NCBI GenBank assembly: GCA_039630415.1
Contig: JBCNVB010000018.1
Coordinates: forward strand, 32,001 to 96,000
Length of the DNA: 64,000 nt
Origin: a bacterium
GTDB taxonomy: Bacteria; DRYD01
Direction: 5' to 3'
Below, in pieces: positions 1-9,753 of this stretch. The notes below the pieces were generated by a model, which did no database searches, was not told where the DNA came from, and saw only the letters and a list, made by a program, of their open reading frames with translations. The number at the start of each line of letters is the position of its first letter. Position 1 is the stretch's first letter. The position numbers and the translations under genes are program-made.

Positions 1-601
1 TCAAACGGTAATACTTTCTATATACATAAGCACAAGCTATCGTTCCACTACCACAGGAAGCAGTAAAGCCAACTCCCCTTTCAAAAGTATACATATACTT
101 TTCCCGTAAACTAAAAACATGTACGTTCTTAGAAAAATTTACAAACTCATATATCTGCTTACATAAATCCAACATATCATCTTCTTTATTTAAAATGAAG
201 CAAATACAATGTGGATTAGGAACATTAAGCTCATAAATTGGATAATTACGGTAAAACCACTTTTTAACCTTTGTTTGTCTTAAATTAAACCCCACAAAAA
301 CAAAGTTCCTTATAACCTTTGCATAGTATTCTCTATCTTTAAAGTAGCTGTTTACAAAAATCTGATTTTTAATCTTTGCATACTTGTAGATGAACATAGC
401 TAAACATCCCAAACCATTCCCAGATACCTCAGCCCTAGTACCATCACGATTGTATAAATCAAAAAATATCCTGTCTTCTTCTACCCTATCTACAAAAATA
501 ATCCCATCTAAATCACTGTACCTTTCTATTAAACTCAAATCTTTATTCTCCTGAAATACAATAGCAAATTTGTTCTGGTTTGAATGAAAAATTCTTATCA
601 T
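1..601 (-). CDS. dapF: Diaminopimelate epimerase (DapF)-family protein, runs off the window edge
   Basis: Not in the ORF track; hand translation from ATG at 601 gives MIRIFHSNQNKF...YNRDGTRAEVSGNG...NVPNPHC...TFERGVGFTASCGSG, matching DapF motifs. Confidence 0.8.
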   Translation of the reverse strand, partial: MIRIFHSNQNKFAIVFQENKDLSLIERYSDLDGIIFVDRVEEDRIFFDLYNRDGTRAEVSGNGLGCLAMFIYKYAKIKNQIFVNSYFKDREYYAKVIRNFVFVGFNLRQTKVKKWFYRNYPIYELNVPNPHCICFILNKEDDMLDLCKQIYEFVNFSKNVHVFSLREKYMYTFERGVGFTASCGSGTIACAYVYRKYYRL

Positions 602-602
602 G

Positions 603-1286
603 TTATAGTTTTATTGCAAAAGGGTTAAAATTAGTGTTATAGTCATAATAGTCGATTTGTTCTATTTGCTTAACTTTTTGTATCACGATGACAGTGATGG
701 GACTGAGAATAATTTCCACAGCTACTTTGTAAAAATAGCCGGTAAATATATAATTAATCAGGCTAGAAAAGTCGATAACAAATACAAAAGCGAGTATACA
801 AAAAATGGATGTATCAACCAACTGTCCAGCTAAGGTAGATAGAACCACTCTATTCCATAAGTATCGAGATTTATACCTTATCTTCATTTTAGCCATAATT
901 AAAGAGTTTAAAAATTCTCCAAAAAAATAAGCTACTATACCTGCAATAGCTATTCTAGGACTTATCCCCAGCACTTTCTCAAAATTTTCCTGCCCAATTT
1001 GCCTATCCCAACTCCCTTCAGGAGGTAAGTACAAAACAAAATATAGAACCAAATTAAACAAAATCAAAATACCAAATCCCAACCAAATAACTTTCCTGGC
1101 TTTGGAATAACCATAAACCTCCGTGAATATATCCGCTAGTATGTAACAAAGTGGAAAAACCAAAGCACCACCATCAAATACTAACCTAACACCTAAAATA
1201 TCTATCTCGAAAACCTTTATTGTTACAACATTCGATATGACTAATATACCTACAAAAAAACCAACTAACAGATCATACAATTTCAT
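603..1286 (-). CDS. Queuosine precursor transporter (YhhQ/VUT family)
   Basis: Multi-TM protein with DIFTEVYG and RVVLSTLAGQLVDTSIF, typical of YhhQ. Confidence 0.85.
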   Translation of the reverse strand: MKLYDLLVGFFVGILVISNVVTIKVFEIDILGVRLVFDGGALVFPLCYILADIFTEVYGYSKARKVIWLGFGILILFNLVLYFVLYLPPEGSWDRQIGQENFEKVLGISPRIAIAGIVAYFFGEFLNSLIMAKMKIRYKSRYLWNRVVLSTLAGQLVDTSIFCILAFVFVIDFSSLINYIFTGYFYKVAVEIILSPITVIVIQKVKQIEQIDYYDYNTNFNPFAIKL

Positions 1287-1937
1287 TTATTTGAAATTTA
1301 TTCTGATATTCGAATAGGTTTTACCACCAACATTTCCGAATATAAAGAGAATTTTAACAGGTTTGCCGGGGGTTTTTTGTAATGATCTTATTCCAAACTT
1401 TACTTCATCAGTAACAGTTGCACCTGGAGGAATTGGTTTAAAAAGATTAGAAAATGAACCCTGAGAGAAATTCAGTACATTTCCTTGATCATCATAGATT
1501 AGTATATCATTAAGTCCCACTCCATGTGGACTAACAGGATTGGGTAATAAATTTGCAACCTCTATTCTAACACTATATCCTTCGCCCCTACCATAAAAAG
1601 GATTAACCGTTTTTTGAGGTGCAGATACTCTTATCCTTAAAGCATTATTACTTACCCACTCACCTTCTACACCTTCTACACCTTCAAGTTGATATCTCCC
1701 ACCCGTTGGAACAAACTGAACAGATATACTGTTAGAACTCTTGGTAACATTTGCACCAGCTTTTTGAAGTTCATCTACTGAAATATACACTTTATTATCC
1801 TTTACTATGTAATCACTTATCTGCTTGCCATTTATATAAACAGTATAATAGCTAGCAAATACACTAACTACCATTATGCAAAGGCAGAGTATGGCTACAA
1901 CAAAGTAAATTGTTTTATTTTTTTTCATACTTGTCAC
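1287..1937 (-). CDS. Secreted hypothetical protein
   Basis: Basic N-terminus, hydrophobic stretch and VFA cleavage-like site; beta-rich body. Confidence 0.6.
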   Translation of the reverse strand: MTSMKKNKTIYFVVAILCLCIMVVSVFASYYTVYINGKQISDYIVKDNKVYISVDELQKAGANVTKSSNSISVQFVPTGGRYQLEGVEGVEGEWVSNNALRIRVSAPQKTVNPFYGRGEGYSVRIEVANLLPNPVSPHGVGLNDILIYDDQGNVLNFSQGSFSNLFKPIPPGATVTDEVKFGIRSLQKTPGKPVKILFIFGNVGGKTYSNIRINFK

Positions 1938-1965
1938 CCCTCTTTGTAATTGATATTTTATTCTA

Positions 1966-2604
1966 CTATTTTTCCCAAACCCCTTGTTTTTTGATAACTA
2001 CGAATACTGTTTTTAAAAGAATAACTAAGTCTAGTAAAAGAGAATATTTTTTAATGTAAACGAGGTCGTAGTATATTCTCTTTTCCCAGGGTATAGTGTT
2101 TCTTCCGTTTATTTGAGCTAAACCCGTTAAACCGGGCTTAAGTAAAGTTCTTTGCTTTTGAATAGCTGTTAGGTTTTGATACTGTTGCTCTAAGTTTGGT
2201 CTAGGCCCCACTAAGCTCATTTGACCAAGCAAAACATTAAAAAGTTGAGGTAACTCATCTAGTGAAGTCTCCCTTAGAAATTTTCCTACTCTGGTTATTC
2301 TAGGATCATCCTTGTATGTATGTATATCCTTATTCTCTTGCTTAACTTTAAAAGTTCTAAATTTTAGCATTTTAAAAATTTTTCCGTTAAGTCCCACTCT
2401 GTCTTGTATAAAAAACACAGGCCAACCATCATCTAAATAGATAACTACACAAATAACAATAAATGCAGGTAAAAGAAATAAAATCAGAATAGCCGCTAGT
2501 ATCTTATCAAGCAAGTACTTTATGATAATCTGAAATTTCTGAAAACTAGATAGTTTGATGTTTTCGAATTCATGCCACGGTATGTCTAATTGATTATTTT
2601 CCAT
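1966..2604 (-). CDS. Undecaprenyl-phosphate sugar-phosphate transferase (bacterial sugar transferase family)
   Basis: KFRT, DPRITRVGKFLRETSLDELPQLFNVLLGQMSLVGPRP, KPGLTGLAQINGR. Confidence 0.92.
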   Translation of the reverse strand: MENNQLDIPWHEFENIKLSSFQKFQIIIKYLLDKILAAILILFLLPAFIVICVVIYLDDGWPVFFIQDRVGLNGKIFKMLKFRTFKVKQENKDIHTYKDDPRITRVGKFLRETSLDELPQLFNVLLGQMSLVGPRPNLEQQYQNLTAIQKQRTLLKPGLTGLAQINGRNTIPWEKRIYYDLVYIKKYSLLLDLVILLKTVFVVIKKQGVWEK

Positions 2605-2624
2605 ATTTGATTTAATTATTTTTC

Positions 2625-3818
2625 TTACTTGTCAGATGTTGGCAAGGTAAAATAGAAGGTTGTTCCCTTAGATAGTTCACTTTCAAACCATATATTTCCA
2701 CCCATAGTCTCTACCAAGTACTTGACAATAACTAGCCCTAATCCTGTTCCTTGAGCAACGTTCATCGATACTGAAGTTCTATAGAATTTCTCGAATATGT
2801 GGGGCTTATCTTTATCAGGTATACCTATTCCGGTATCTGAAACATATACCAGCATGCAATCGTTTTTTGGCTCTATTCCTATGGTTATTTCTCCACCAAA
2901 GGGAGTATACTTTATTGCATTATCAACCAGATTAAGTACTACTTGCTCTAGTTTTTCTTCATCCGCATAAACTATGTACTCTTTTTCATCACTATAATTC
3001 CTTGTTATGGTAAGTTCTGCTTGTACTATACGTGGATAGACCAATTCTATAACATTTTCGATAACTTCTTTAACATCAAGTCTTGTTTTCTTAAAGTGCA
3101 TCTTAGCAGATTCTATTCTTGATATATCGAGTATAGCATTGACCAATTTATTAAGCCTATTAGCTTCGTTGTATATTATCTGTGCAAATTTATTTATTTC
3201 TTCTTTTGAAAGATCTTCTTGAAGGATAATTTCTGCAAATCCCTTTATGGAAGTTAATGGAGTTCTTAGTTCATGGGAAACCATAGATATTACTTTTTCA
3301 CTTATCTCATCAAATTTCTGTCGTAAGTAAGCCTCAGCAAAGGAATCAAAAATTATACTCCTTATACTCTTGTTCTCGTCATACTTTATCAAAGCATAAC
3401 CATACGATATTCCATCTAAAATGTATTTTATCTTTTCAAACTCTATTTTCTCTTTAAGTATAGCAGACTTTATTTCGGATATAATCCTTATCGCAGCCAT
3501 TTTGATATTGTATATATCCAGCTTCTTCTTATATCTCGGTTTTGAAGATAAGAGAATTATTAACTGATCATCCCTATAGTCATTTGTCAAAACCATATCC
3601 TCTTGTCTAAATATTTTCCCTTTTGAGTTAACTAAGACTTTAGCTATATCCTGAAATATCTGATCATATAGTTCTTTTCCATAAGCTTGTTTGAATTCCG
3701 TAGAATTAGATATCTCCAGGGTTATTAAACCCATTATCTGTAATTCTTGTAGCTTATGATTGATATAGTCAGAAATTGCGAAAATTGGTTTAAGATCTAG
3801 AGACTTTAACTCCATCAA
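2625..3818 (-). CDS. Cytoplasmic sensor histidine kinase with a possible degenerate GGDEF-like N-terminal domain
   Basis: H-box SHELRTPLT, N-box NLVDNAIKY, DTGIGI and GTGLGL; no TM segment. Confidence 0.88.
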   Translation of the reverse strand: MMELKSLDLKPIFAISDYINHKLQELQIMGLITLEISNSTEFKQAYGKELYDQIFQDIAKVLVNSKGKIFRQEDMVLTNDYRDDQLIILLSSKPRYKKKLDIYNIKMAAIRIISEIKSAILKEKIEFEKIKYILDGISYGYALIKYDENKSIRSIIFDSFAEAYLRQKFDEISEKVISMVSHELRTPLTSIKGFAEIILQEDLSKEEINKFAQIIYNEANRLNKLVNAILDISRIESAKMHFKKTRLDVKEVIENVIELVYPRIVQAELTITRNYSDEKEYIVYADEEKLEQVVLNLVDNAIKYTPFGGEITIGIEPKNDCMLVYVSDTGIGIPDKDKPHIFEKFYRTSVSMNVAQGTGLGLVIVKYLVETMGGNIWFESELSKGTTFYFTLPTSDK

Positions 3819-5097
3819 GGATATGTTCTAGCTCATTTTCTTCTAGATAGTACTCCACAAAAACAGTAGGCTTGTTGATCTTCATTAGTTTAGTTATATC
3901 GAATGGGGTAGCTATGATAACTGCATCAGCTGGAATTTGATTTATGATGTACTCTAACTCCCTTATCTGTTCTGGGAAATATCCCACAGCAGGTAGTACC
4001 TCTCTTACTTGAGAGTATTTTTCGTAAGCCTGTTTTATAGAGCCCACAGCATATGCATATGGACTTATTATTTGGCAGTTATATTTTTTAGCAACGATAT
4101 ATCCCGCTCCATACGACATTTCTCCATGCGTTAAAGTAGGTCCATCTTCCACAACTACAACCTTCTTATTTTGTATAACTTCTGGATTATCTACCTTTAC
4201 TGGTGATTTTGCTTTTATTATTTTGGCACCAGGATTAATTTTACTTATGTTCTGTTCAAGAATAGCTACATTTTGTGGATCAGCAGTATCTACTTTATTT
4301 ATGATAGCTATGTTGCACATTCTAGCATTTACCTCGCCAGGAAAATAGGTTAATTCATGATTTGGGCGATGAGGATCAAAAACAGTTATCCATAGTGTAG
4401 GATAGAAAAATGGGAAATCATTGTTTCCTCCATCCCAAACTATAACATCAGCCTCTTTTTCAGCTTCTTGCAAAATCTTTTCATAATCTACCCCAGCATA
4501 AACTATATGTCCTTCCTTTATATGAGGCAAATACTCCTCTCCCTCTTCTATCGTGCAATTATTTTTTATTATGTCTTCCGGAGTTTCAAATCTTTGTACT
4601 ATCTGTTTAGACAGGTCACCATAAGGCATAGGGTGTCTTACTACAACTACCTTGTAACCTTTTTGTTTAAGTATTTTAGCAACTTTTCTAGAAGTTTGAC
4701 TCTTTCCACATCCGGTTCTAACAGCTGTTACAGCAACCACTGGCTTTTGAGAGTAAAGGAAAGTATCTTTAGGAGAAAGTAACCTAAAACTAGCACCGGC
4801 TTTCAGCGAAATACTCGCTAAATTCATTACATGTACATGACTAACATCTGAGTATGAAAAGACAACTTCATCAACAGAGTATTGCTTTATTAACTTCTCC
4901 AACTTTTCTTCAGGATAGATAGGTATTCCATCAGGATAGTTTGGTCCCGCTAGACAAGATGGATACGTACGATTCTCTATAGAAGGTATCTGGGTTGCAG
5001 TAAATGCAACAACTTCATAGTCTGGATTATTCCTGTAGTAAACGTTGAAGTTATGAAAATCTCTTCCACCGGCGCCTAGTATTATCACCTTTTTCAT
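3790..5097 (-). CDS. COG2403 P-loop protein (cyclic 2,3-diphosphoglycerate synthetase-like / arginine synthetase ArcE-like)
   Basis: GAGGRDFHNFN N-terminus, AVRTGCGKS P-loop, RHPMPYG, WDGGNND, EDGPTLTHG. Confidence 0.8.
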   Translation of the reverse strand: MKKVIILGAGGRDFHNFNVYYRNNPDYEVVAFTATQIPSIENRTYPSCLAGPNYPDGIPIYPEEKLEKLIKQYSVDEVVFSYSDVSHVHVMNLASISLKAGASFRLLSPKDTFLYSQKPVVAVTAVRTGCGKSQTSRKVAKILKQKGYKVVVVRHPMPYGDLSKQIVQRFETPEDIIKNNCTIEEGEEYLPHIKEGHIVYAGVDYEKILQEAEKEADVIVWDGGNNDFPFFYPTLWITVFDPHRPNHELTYFPGEVNARMCNIAIINKVDTADPQNVAILEQNISKINPGAKIIKAKSPVKVDNPEVIQNKKVVVVEDGPTLTHGEMSYGAGYIVAKKYNCQIISPYAYAVGSIKQAYEKYSQVREVLPAVGYFPEQIRELEYIINQIPADAVIIATPFDITKLMKINKPTVFVEYYLEENELEHILDGVKVSRS

Positions 5098-5135
5098 ATT
5101 CCTTCACCCTGAGTATAGTTTTCTACTCCAAAAAC

Positions 5136-5657
5136 TTATAACCTGTTTTTTTCAAAAACATAGAAAAGAACACCTGCTGCAATCGTTAAAAGGAGAATTA
5201 TTAGGAAGGGGGAAGTATTAGCAACTTGGTAAATAGTTAATTTTCCGAAGTTACCCAAATCAATCAGTGGTTTAACGTAAGGATATAGATTAATGAAAAG
5301 AGCCGATCCTATAATCATTCCTATTACGGCAAAGATAGCGTGGATTCTACCTTCAGCTATAGCAGCAACTGCTGTTCCTGGACAGTATCCAGTAAGTGCC
5401 CAACCCAAACCAAACAATATCCCTCCAAAAACTATTGCACCCAATGCTAAAGGCTTAAGATGCAAACTTATCAATCCAAGTTGATTCAATAAGTTAATAC
5501 CAATAGCTCCAACTATAGCGGCAGAAAACATAAACTTAATAATTGTCATATCTTTAAAAAGCACCGCAGCTACCTGCTTTTCATACCTTATTACGCCCGC
5601 TAAAGTTAGTATAGTACCAAAAATTATCCCTGCAACCAATCCCACAAGCATTTCCAT
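5136..5657 (-). CDS. YeeE/YedE-family sulfur-compound transporter subunit
   Basis: Hydrophobic, GGILFGLGWALTGYCPGT; start refined to the ATG downstream of SD AGGAGGTG. Confidence 0.88.
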   Translation of the reverse strand: MEMLVGLVAGIIFGTILTLAGVIRYEKQVAAVLFKDMTIIKFMFSAAIVGAIGINLLNQLGLISLHLKPLALGAIVFGGILFGLGWALTGYCPGTAVAAIAEGRIHAIFAVIGMIIGSALFINLYPYVKPLIDLGNFGKLTIYQVANTSPFLIILLLTIAAGVLFYVFEKNRL

Positions 5658-5662
5658 ACCTA

Positions 5663-6178
5663 TCACCTCCTGTAAATAATGTTGGCAAATAAAATAGCAG
5701 AAGAAAAGAAAACAATAACAGCAATAAGTGATCCAAGAGAAAGTTGCATCATCCCACTTAATCCATGCCCACTAGGACAACCATCTGCTAACCTTGCTCC
5801 AAAACCAACAAATATACCTCCAAGTAAGGCTAAAATAGCTCTTAGTGTAAAATTACTACCAAATTTATCCATAAATATTGGAGGCACTAGCTCTAATTTA
5901 AAACTCCTATTCAATAACGATGTTATCAGTGCTCCTATAAATATTCCAAGAACAAACATCATTTGCCAATCTACTTTTAAGTTCAGCTTATTAAAATACT
6001 CATTGCTTATGTTTGGTGTAATAGTTTTTTGTATAGCTGCAGCTATTTTTGCGAAAGTTGTAGATGTACCGAAAAATTTAGTATCTCCAATTAGCATTGT
6101 CGTAAGGTAAACAACGGCTATGGCCAATAAGCCAACTAGTACTCCTCCAATATATGGATTAAGCCTTGTTTCTTTCAT
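5663..6178 (-). CDS. YeeE/YedE-family sulfur-compound transporter subunit
   Basis: FGARLADGCPSGHGLSG motif; start refined using SD GGAGGTG. Confidence 0.88.
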   Translation of the reverse strand: MKETRLNPYIGGVLVGLLAIAVVYLTTMLIGDTKFFGTSTTFAKIAAAIQKTITPNISNEYFNKLNLKVDWQMMFVLGIFIGALITSLLNRSFKLELVPPIFMDKFGSNFTLRAILALLGGIFVGFGARLADGCPSGHGLSGMMQLSLGSLIAVIVFFSSAILFANIIYRR

Positions 6179-6195
6179 ATTATTCACCTCCAACA

Positions 6196-6510
6196 TCATA
6201 AATATTTTTCAATTATTTTTGATACCGATGATATTTTTTGTTTTAGATGATTTAGAGCAAACATTTCAGAATCGAGATTATCTGAAAGATTAACACAGCA
6301 GTTATTTTCAATTATTTTAGCAAGTATATTGGTAAATGTTTTATGTATAGCTTGTCTTACGGATGCTAATTGATGAACAACTAACTCACAACTTTCTTCC
6401 CTTTCAATCATGTTTATTATTGCTCTTATTTGTCCTTCTATTTTGAGTAATCTAGAAACTAACTCTCTTTTGTCAGCTTTATCCATTATTTTTAGTTCAC
6501 TTCCTGTCAT
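6196..6510 (-). CDS. CsoR/RcnR/CstR-family repressor, probably persulfide-sensing CstR type
   Basis: RLLKIEGQIRAIINMIE..C..VVHQLASVRQA; C-terminal CC with no His at the CsoR H-x3-C position; sulfur-gene context. Confidence 0.85.
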   Translation of the reverse strand: MTGSELKIMDKADKRELVSRLLKIEGQIRAIINMIEREESCELVVHQLASVRQAIHKTFTNILAKIIENNCCVNLSDNLDSEMFALNHLKQKISSVSKIIEKYL

Positions 6511-6531
6511 TGTTACTCGCCTCCCCTAGAT

Positions 6532-7647
6532 TCATAGTTTAACAAAGACTCCTAAGAAAAGGATGACAATATAAGCTACAATTCCGACAAAAGTTGCTCC
6601 AATAAATCCCACAATAAAAGGTTTTATCCCCATTCCTTTAAACACATGAAATTCCGTATTAAGTCCCACAGCAGCCATAGCTGTACCTAAAAGATATTTT
6701 GATCCCCAAACCTCTCCTAGAGTGTTTATTAGGTTTTTCCAACTATTATAGTCAAATACTCCTAAGGCTAAATATCCATTAGCCAAATTCATATCACCTA
6801 TAGATCTTACCAAAGCCATAGCAATAAACCCAAGGATAAACATAGGTATTATCTTGAATAAGTTAACTTTACCCTGTTCAGAAGAAGAACTTCTTAAGTA
6901 AAGAAAGGCTAGTAAAGGCACTACAATTGCAAGAAAGAGATTTCTAGTTAATTTGGTAACGGTAGCTGTTTTGAAAACAGTATCGTCATTGTAAACTTCT
7001 TTGTATGTTAAAGCAGCACCAACTACTTGAGAAGTTTCATGAATAGCAGTACCTATAAATAAACCTATCTGCTCGGAGGTAGTAAATAAAAATTTAGCCA
7101 GATATGGATACAAAAACATAGCGAGTAAACCAAAAATTGTCACGTTTGCAACTGAGTACGCTATTTCCTTATTTTCTGCCTTTATAGCAGGTGAAACAGA
7201 AACTATAGCAGTAACTCCACATATACTCGTACCTGCTGCTATCAATGTACCTAACTTCTCAGGTAACCTCATCATCTTATTTACCAAATAAATGAATATC
7301 AACGCAGAAAATATTACTATGAGCACTATAGGTATTCCCCAAGCACCTAACTTGAATACTTCACTTACACTCAGCTTTATACCAACCAATATAATTCCAA
7401 GCCGGAGAATCTTAGTTAGAGAAAATTCTATTCCCTTTTTAAATATATCTGGTAGCTTAATAGTATTTGCCACGATTATTCCAAGAATAATAGCAACAAG
7501 TACTGAAGATATGGGACTGCTTTTTCCTGTTGGATCTATTCCTTGGATTTTTAGAATCATTTTTCCTAAGTGATCAGCTATTGGTATAGACAACAGCATA
7601 AGTATCACAGACAAAATTACCCCTGGTATAATACTCATACTAATCAT
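6532..7647 (-). CDS. YeiH-family (putative sulfate/sulfite exporter) membrane protein
   Basis: GTSICGVTAI, GTAIHETSQVVGA, KLTRNLFL, AMAAVGL. Confidence 0.88.
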   Translation of the reverse strand: MISMSIIPGVILSVILMLLSIPIADHLGKMILKIQGIDPTGKSSPISSVLVAIILGIIVANTIKLPDIFKKGIEFSLTKILRLGIILVGIKLSVSEVFKLGAWGIPIVLIVIFSALIFIYLVNKMMRLPEKLGTLIAAGTSICGVTAIVSVSPAIKAENKEIAYSVANVTIFGLLAMFLYPYLAKFLFTTSEQIGLFIGTAIHETSQVVGAALTYKEVYNDDTVFKTATVTKLTRNLFLAIVVPLLAFLYLRSSSSEQGKVNLFKIIPMFILGFIAMALVRSIGDMNLANGYLALGVFDYNSWKNLINTLGEVWGSKYLLGTAMAAVGLNTEFHVFKGMGIKPFIVGFIGATFVGIVAYIVILFLGVFVKL

Positions 7648-7668
7648 CCCCCTTGTTGTAGGGTAAGT

Positions 7669-8247
7669 TTATATGAATATGGTCATAGCAGAGTTTAGTG
7701 CATGGGATAAGAAGTAAGCAACCCCTCCAGATTCCACTCCTTCAATTAATTCCTCATCTTGTATTCCTAGTACATCTTTTGACATTTCACAAGCTATGAA
7801 CTTGACTCCTATCTCCTTGGCCATTTTCATTAATTCTTCTAAAGTGCTAACATTTTTTTCTCTCATCATATTTCTAAGCATAGTAGCACCAATCCCAAAG
7901 AAATTCATTTTAGATACAGGTAACTGTGAAGAGGAGGAGGGGTTAAGAAGAGAGAACATAACTTGGTGCCATTTTTTGTTGTTTAATTTTCGCTTAGCTT
8001 TTATAGCGTTTATCCCCCAGAATGTAAAGAATACACTTACTTGTTTACCAAAAGCGGCAGCACCAGTTGCTATTATCATTGAAGCCAGCACTCTATCCAA
8101 ATCACCTGAAAAAACTACTATGGCAACCTTATCTTTCTGTTCAATAATGCTAGATAGTTCTGATCTGAGTTGATTTATTTGCTGTTGTAAAGTATCTATT
8201 TGACTCTTTAAATCCTGTATGCTATCTTTTGTAATTTCTGGAGTCAT
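7669..8247 (-). CDS. DsrE/DsrE2-like sulfur carrier (YrkE-like)
   Basis: VFSGDLDR..ASMIIATGAAA, FFTFWG, IACEMS. Confidence 0.88.
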   Translation of the reverse strand: MTPEITKDSIQDLKSQIDTLQQQINQLRSELSSIIEQKDKVAIVVFSGDLDRVLASMIIATGAAAFGKQVSVFFTFWGINAIKAKRKLNNKKWHQVMFSLLNPSSSSQLPVSKMNFFGIGATMLRNMMREKNVSTLEELMKMAKEIGVKFIACEMSKDVLGIQDEELIEGVESGGVAYFLSHALNSAMTIFI

Positions 8248-8259
8248 AAAGATTCCCTC

Positions 8260-8520
8260 CTACTTTTTCTTAATGTAGTGGACATAGATTTCTTTTCCAT
8301 CCTGATCTTTTTCTGTTGCTTGATGTACAAGCTCTATGGATTTATCTACGTTAGCCCATCCTTGGAAATCTTTTAAAGATCCTTTGTCAGTAGCTATAAC
8401 TTTGATTACCATTCCACTTGAAACTTTATTAACTTCTTGTTTAGCTTTGACAAGGGGCATAGGACAAGAAAGCCCCTTGACGTCTAGCAATAAATTATAG
8501 CTCAAGTTTCCTTGACTCAT
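8260..8520 (-). CDS. tusA: TusA-family sulfur carrier
   Basis: LDVKGLSCPMP with intact Cys, ATDKGS. Confidence 0.9.
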   Translation of the reverse strand: MSQGNLSYNLLLDVKGLSCPMPLVKAKQEVNKVSSGMVIKVIATDKGSLKDFQGWANVDKSIELVHQATEKDQDGKEIYVHYIKKK

Positions 8521-8542
8521 CGAAATACACCTCCTTTAGATT

Positions 8543-9733
8543 TTATGATTTATAAGCCTGGGAAAGAGCACATACGTTTTTACCAGTTTCTAACTCTTCT
8601 GCTCTTTCCTCGTCAACTTCTATGAGCTCTATGTTGACTCTCTTGATTTCAACGTATTCAGGTGGGAAGGTTGGTAAGCTAGATAGCATGTATTTTACAA
8701 ATTCTTCTTTTCCTTTAGTTATTAACAAGTTTAGTGCTTCATTCGATTTTTTGAGATTTCCAAGTGTTTCAATAAATAATCCTTGTTCGTTAGCTTCGGA
8801 TATTTTACTAAAGTGTGCAGGTAAAACAATTGTATCATCTGGAAGTTTTGTAAGTCTTGAAAGTGATTCAGCTTGCATTGGAGCCCAGGTTTCCCCTCTA
8901 CCACCAAGGTCAGGTCTTGCAACGGATACGATGAATATCGTATCTCCTGTAAACAGGTATTTATCGTTTACCAAGTACACCAAGTTACCTAAAGTATGCC
9001 CTGGTACATGAATTACTTTGATTTTTGCAGATCCCAGTTCAAGTACATCCCCTTCTTTTAGGAAAGAGAATTGAACTTTACCAATCATAACATCAACTGG
9101 ATGGATAGCATCATATGGATGGAAGTAGTAAGGCACGTTTAGCATTCTAGAAAGTTTTGGTCCACCACTTATGTGGTCAGCATGAATGTGAGTGTCTAGG
9201 ATAAACTTTATTTTGGCTCCTTTTTGGTTTATGAAGTCTATGTATTTTTCGACGTGTCTTAATGGATCTATTATGGTTGCTTCGTTGTTAGATATGATTA
9301 CCCAACTGAGATCTCCTCTAGAAATTCTGCTTATTTGGTATATGGATAGTTCTGGTGATTCTATAACGGTTTTGTAGTCGTAGTAGTTAAACCAGTTTTG
9401 CATACCTCCTTCGAGATTGTAGGCTTTGTATCCTAGTTTTGTGAGGTTATTGACAAAGAGTTGAGAGGTTCCACCTTTGTCACATACGACATAAAGTTCT
9501 TCATTCTTAGAGAACATGTTTGGGAAGTTGTTTTGGATGTATTTAGTCATATCTGCGTCTATATCTCCTGTTTCGAGCATTTGTGCATAGTAGATATTGA
9601 ATATTGAGAAGTTTTGTTTACCTTCTATTTTGTGGGTTTTGAATTTTTCTGGGCTTCTAAGGTCTATTAGAGTTATTTTTTGGTCTTTTTGCATTTTTTC
9701 GTATAGTTCTTGAGGGGTTATTGTTTGTGTCAT
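8543..9733 (-). CDS. Rhodanese + MBL-fold persulfide dioxygenase-like fusion (YrkH/CstB-like)
   Basis: Rhodanese VCDKGGTS and NLEGGM; MBL THIHADH, PGHT, FTGD, PAH; ATG 9733 follows SD AGGAGGTG. Confidence 0.88.
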   Translation of the reverse strand: MTQTITPQELYEKMQKDQKITLIDLRSPEKFKTHKIEGKQNFSIFNIYYAQMLETGDIDADMTKYIQNNFPNMFSKNEELYVVCDKGGTSQLFVNNLTKLGYKAYNLEGGMQNWFNYYDYKTVIESPELSIYQISRISRGDLSWVIISNNEATIIDPLRHVEKYIDFINQKGAKIKFILDTHIHADHISGGPKLSRMLNVPYYFHPYDAIHPVDVMIGKVQFSFLKEGDVLELGSAKIKVIHVPGHTLGNLVYLVNDKYLFTGDTIFIVSVARPDLGGRGETWAPMQAESLSRLTKLPDDTIVLPAHFSKISEANEQGLFIETLGNLKKSNEALNLLITKGKEEFVKYMLSSLPTFPPEYVEIKRVNIELIEVDEERAEELETGKNVCALSQAYKS

Positions 9734-9753
9734 GTTATTCACCTCCTGTTTTC

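Noticed and set aside
1287-1330. preQ1 riboswitch upstream of the queuosine precursor transporter
   Set aside because: No intergenic space; the upstream gene stop abuts the start codon
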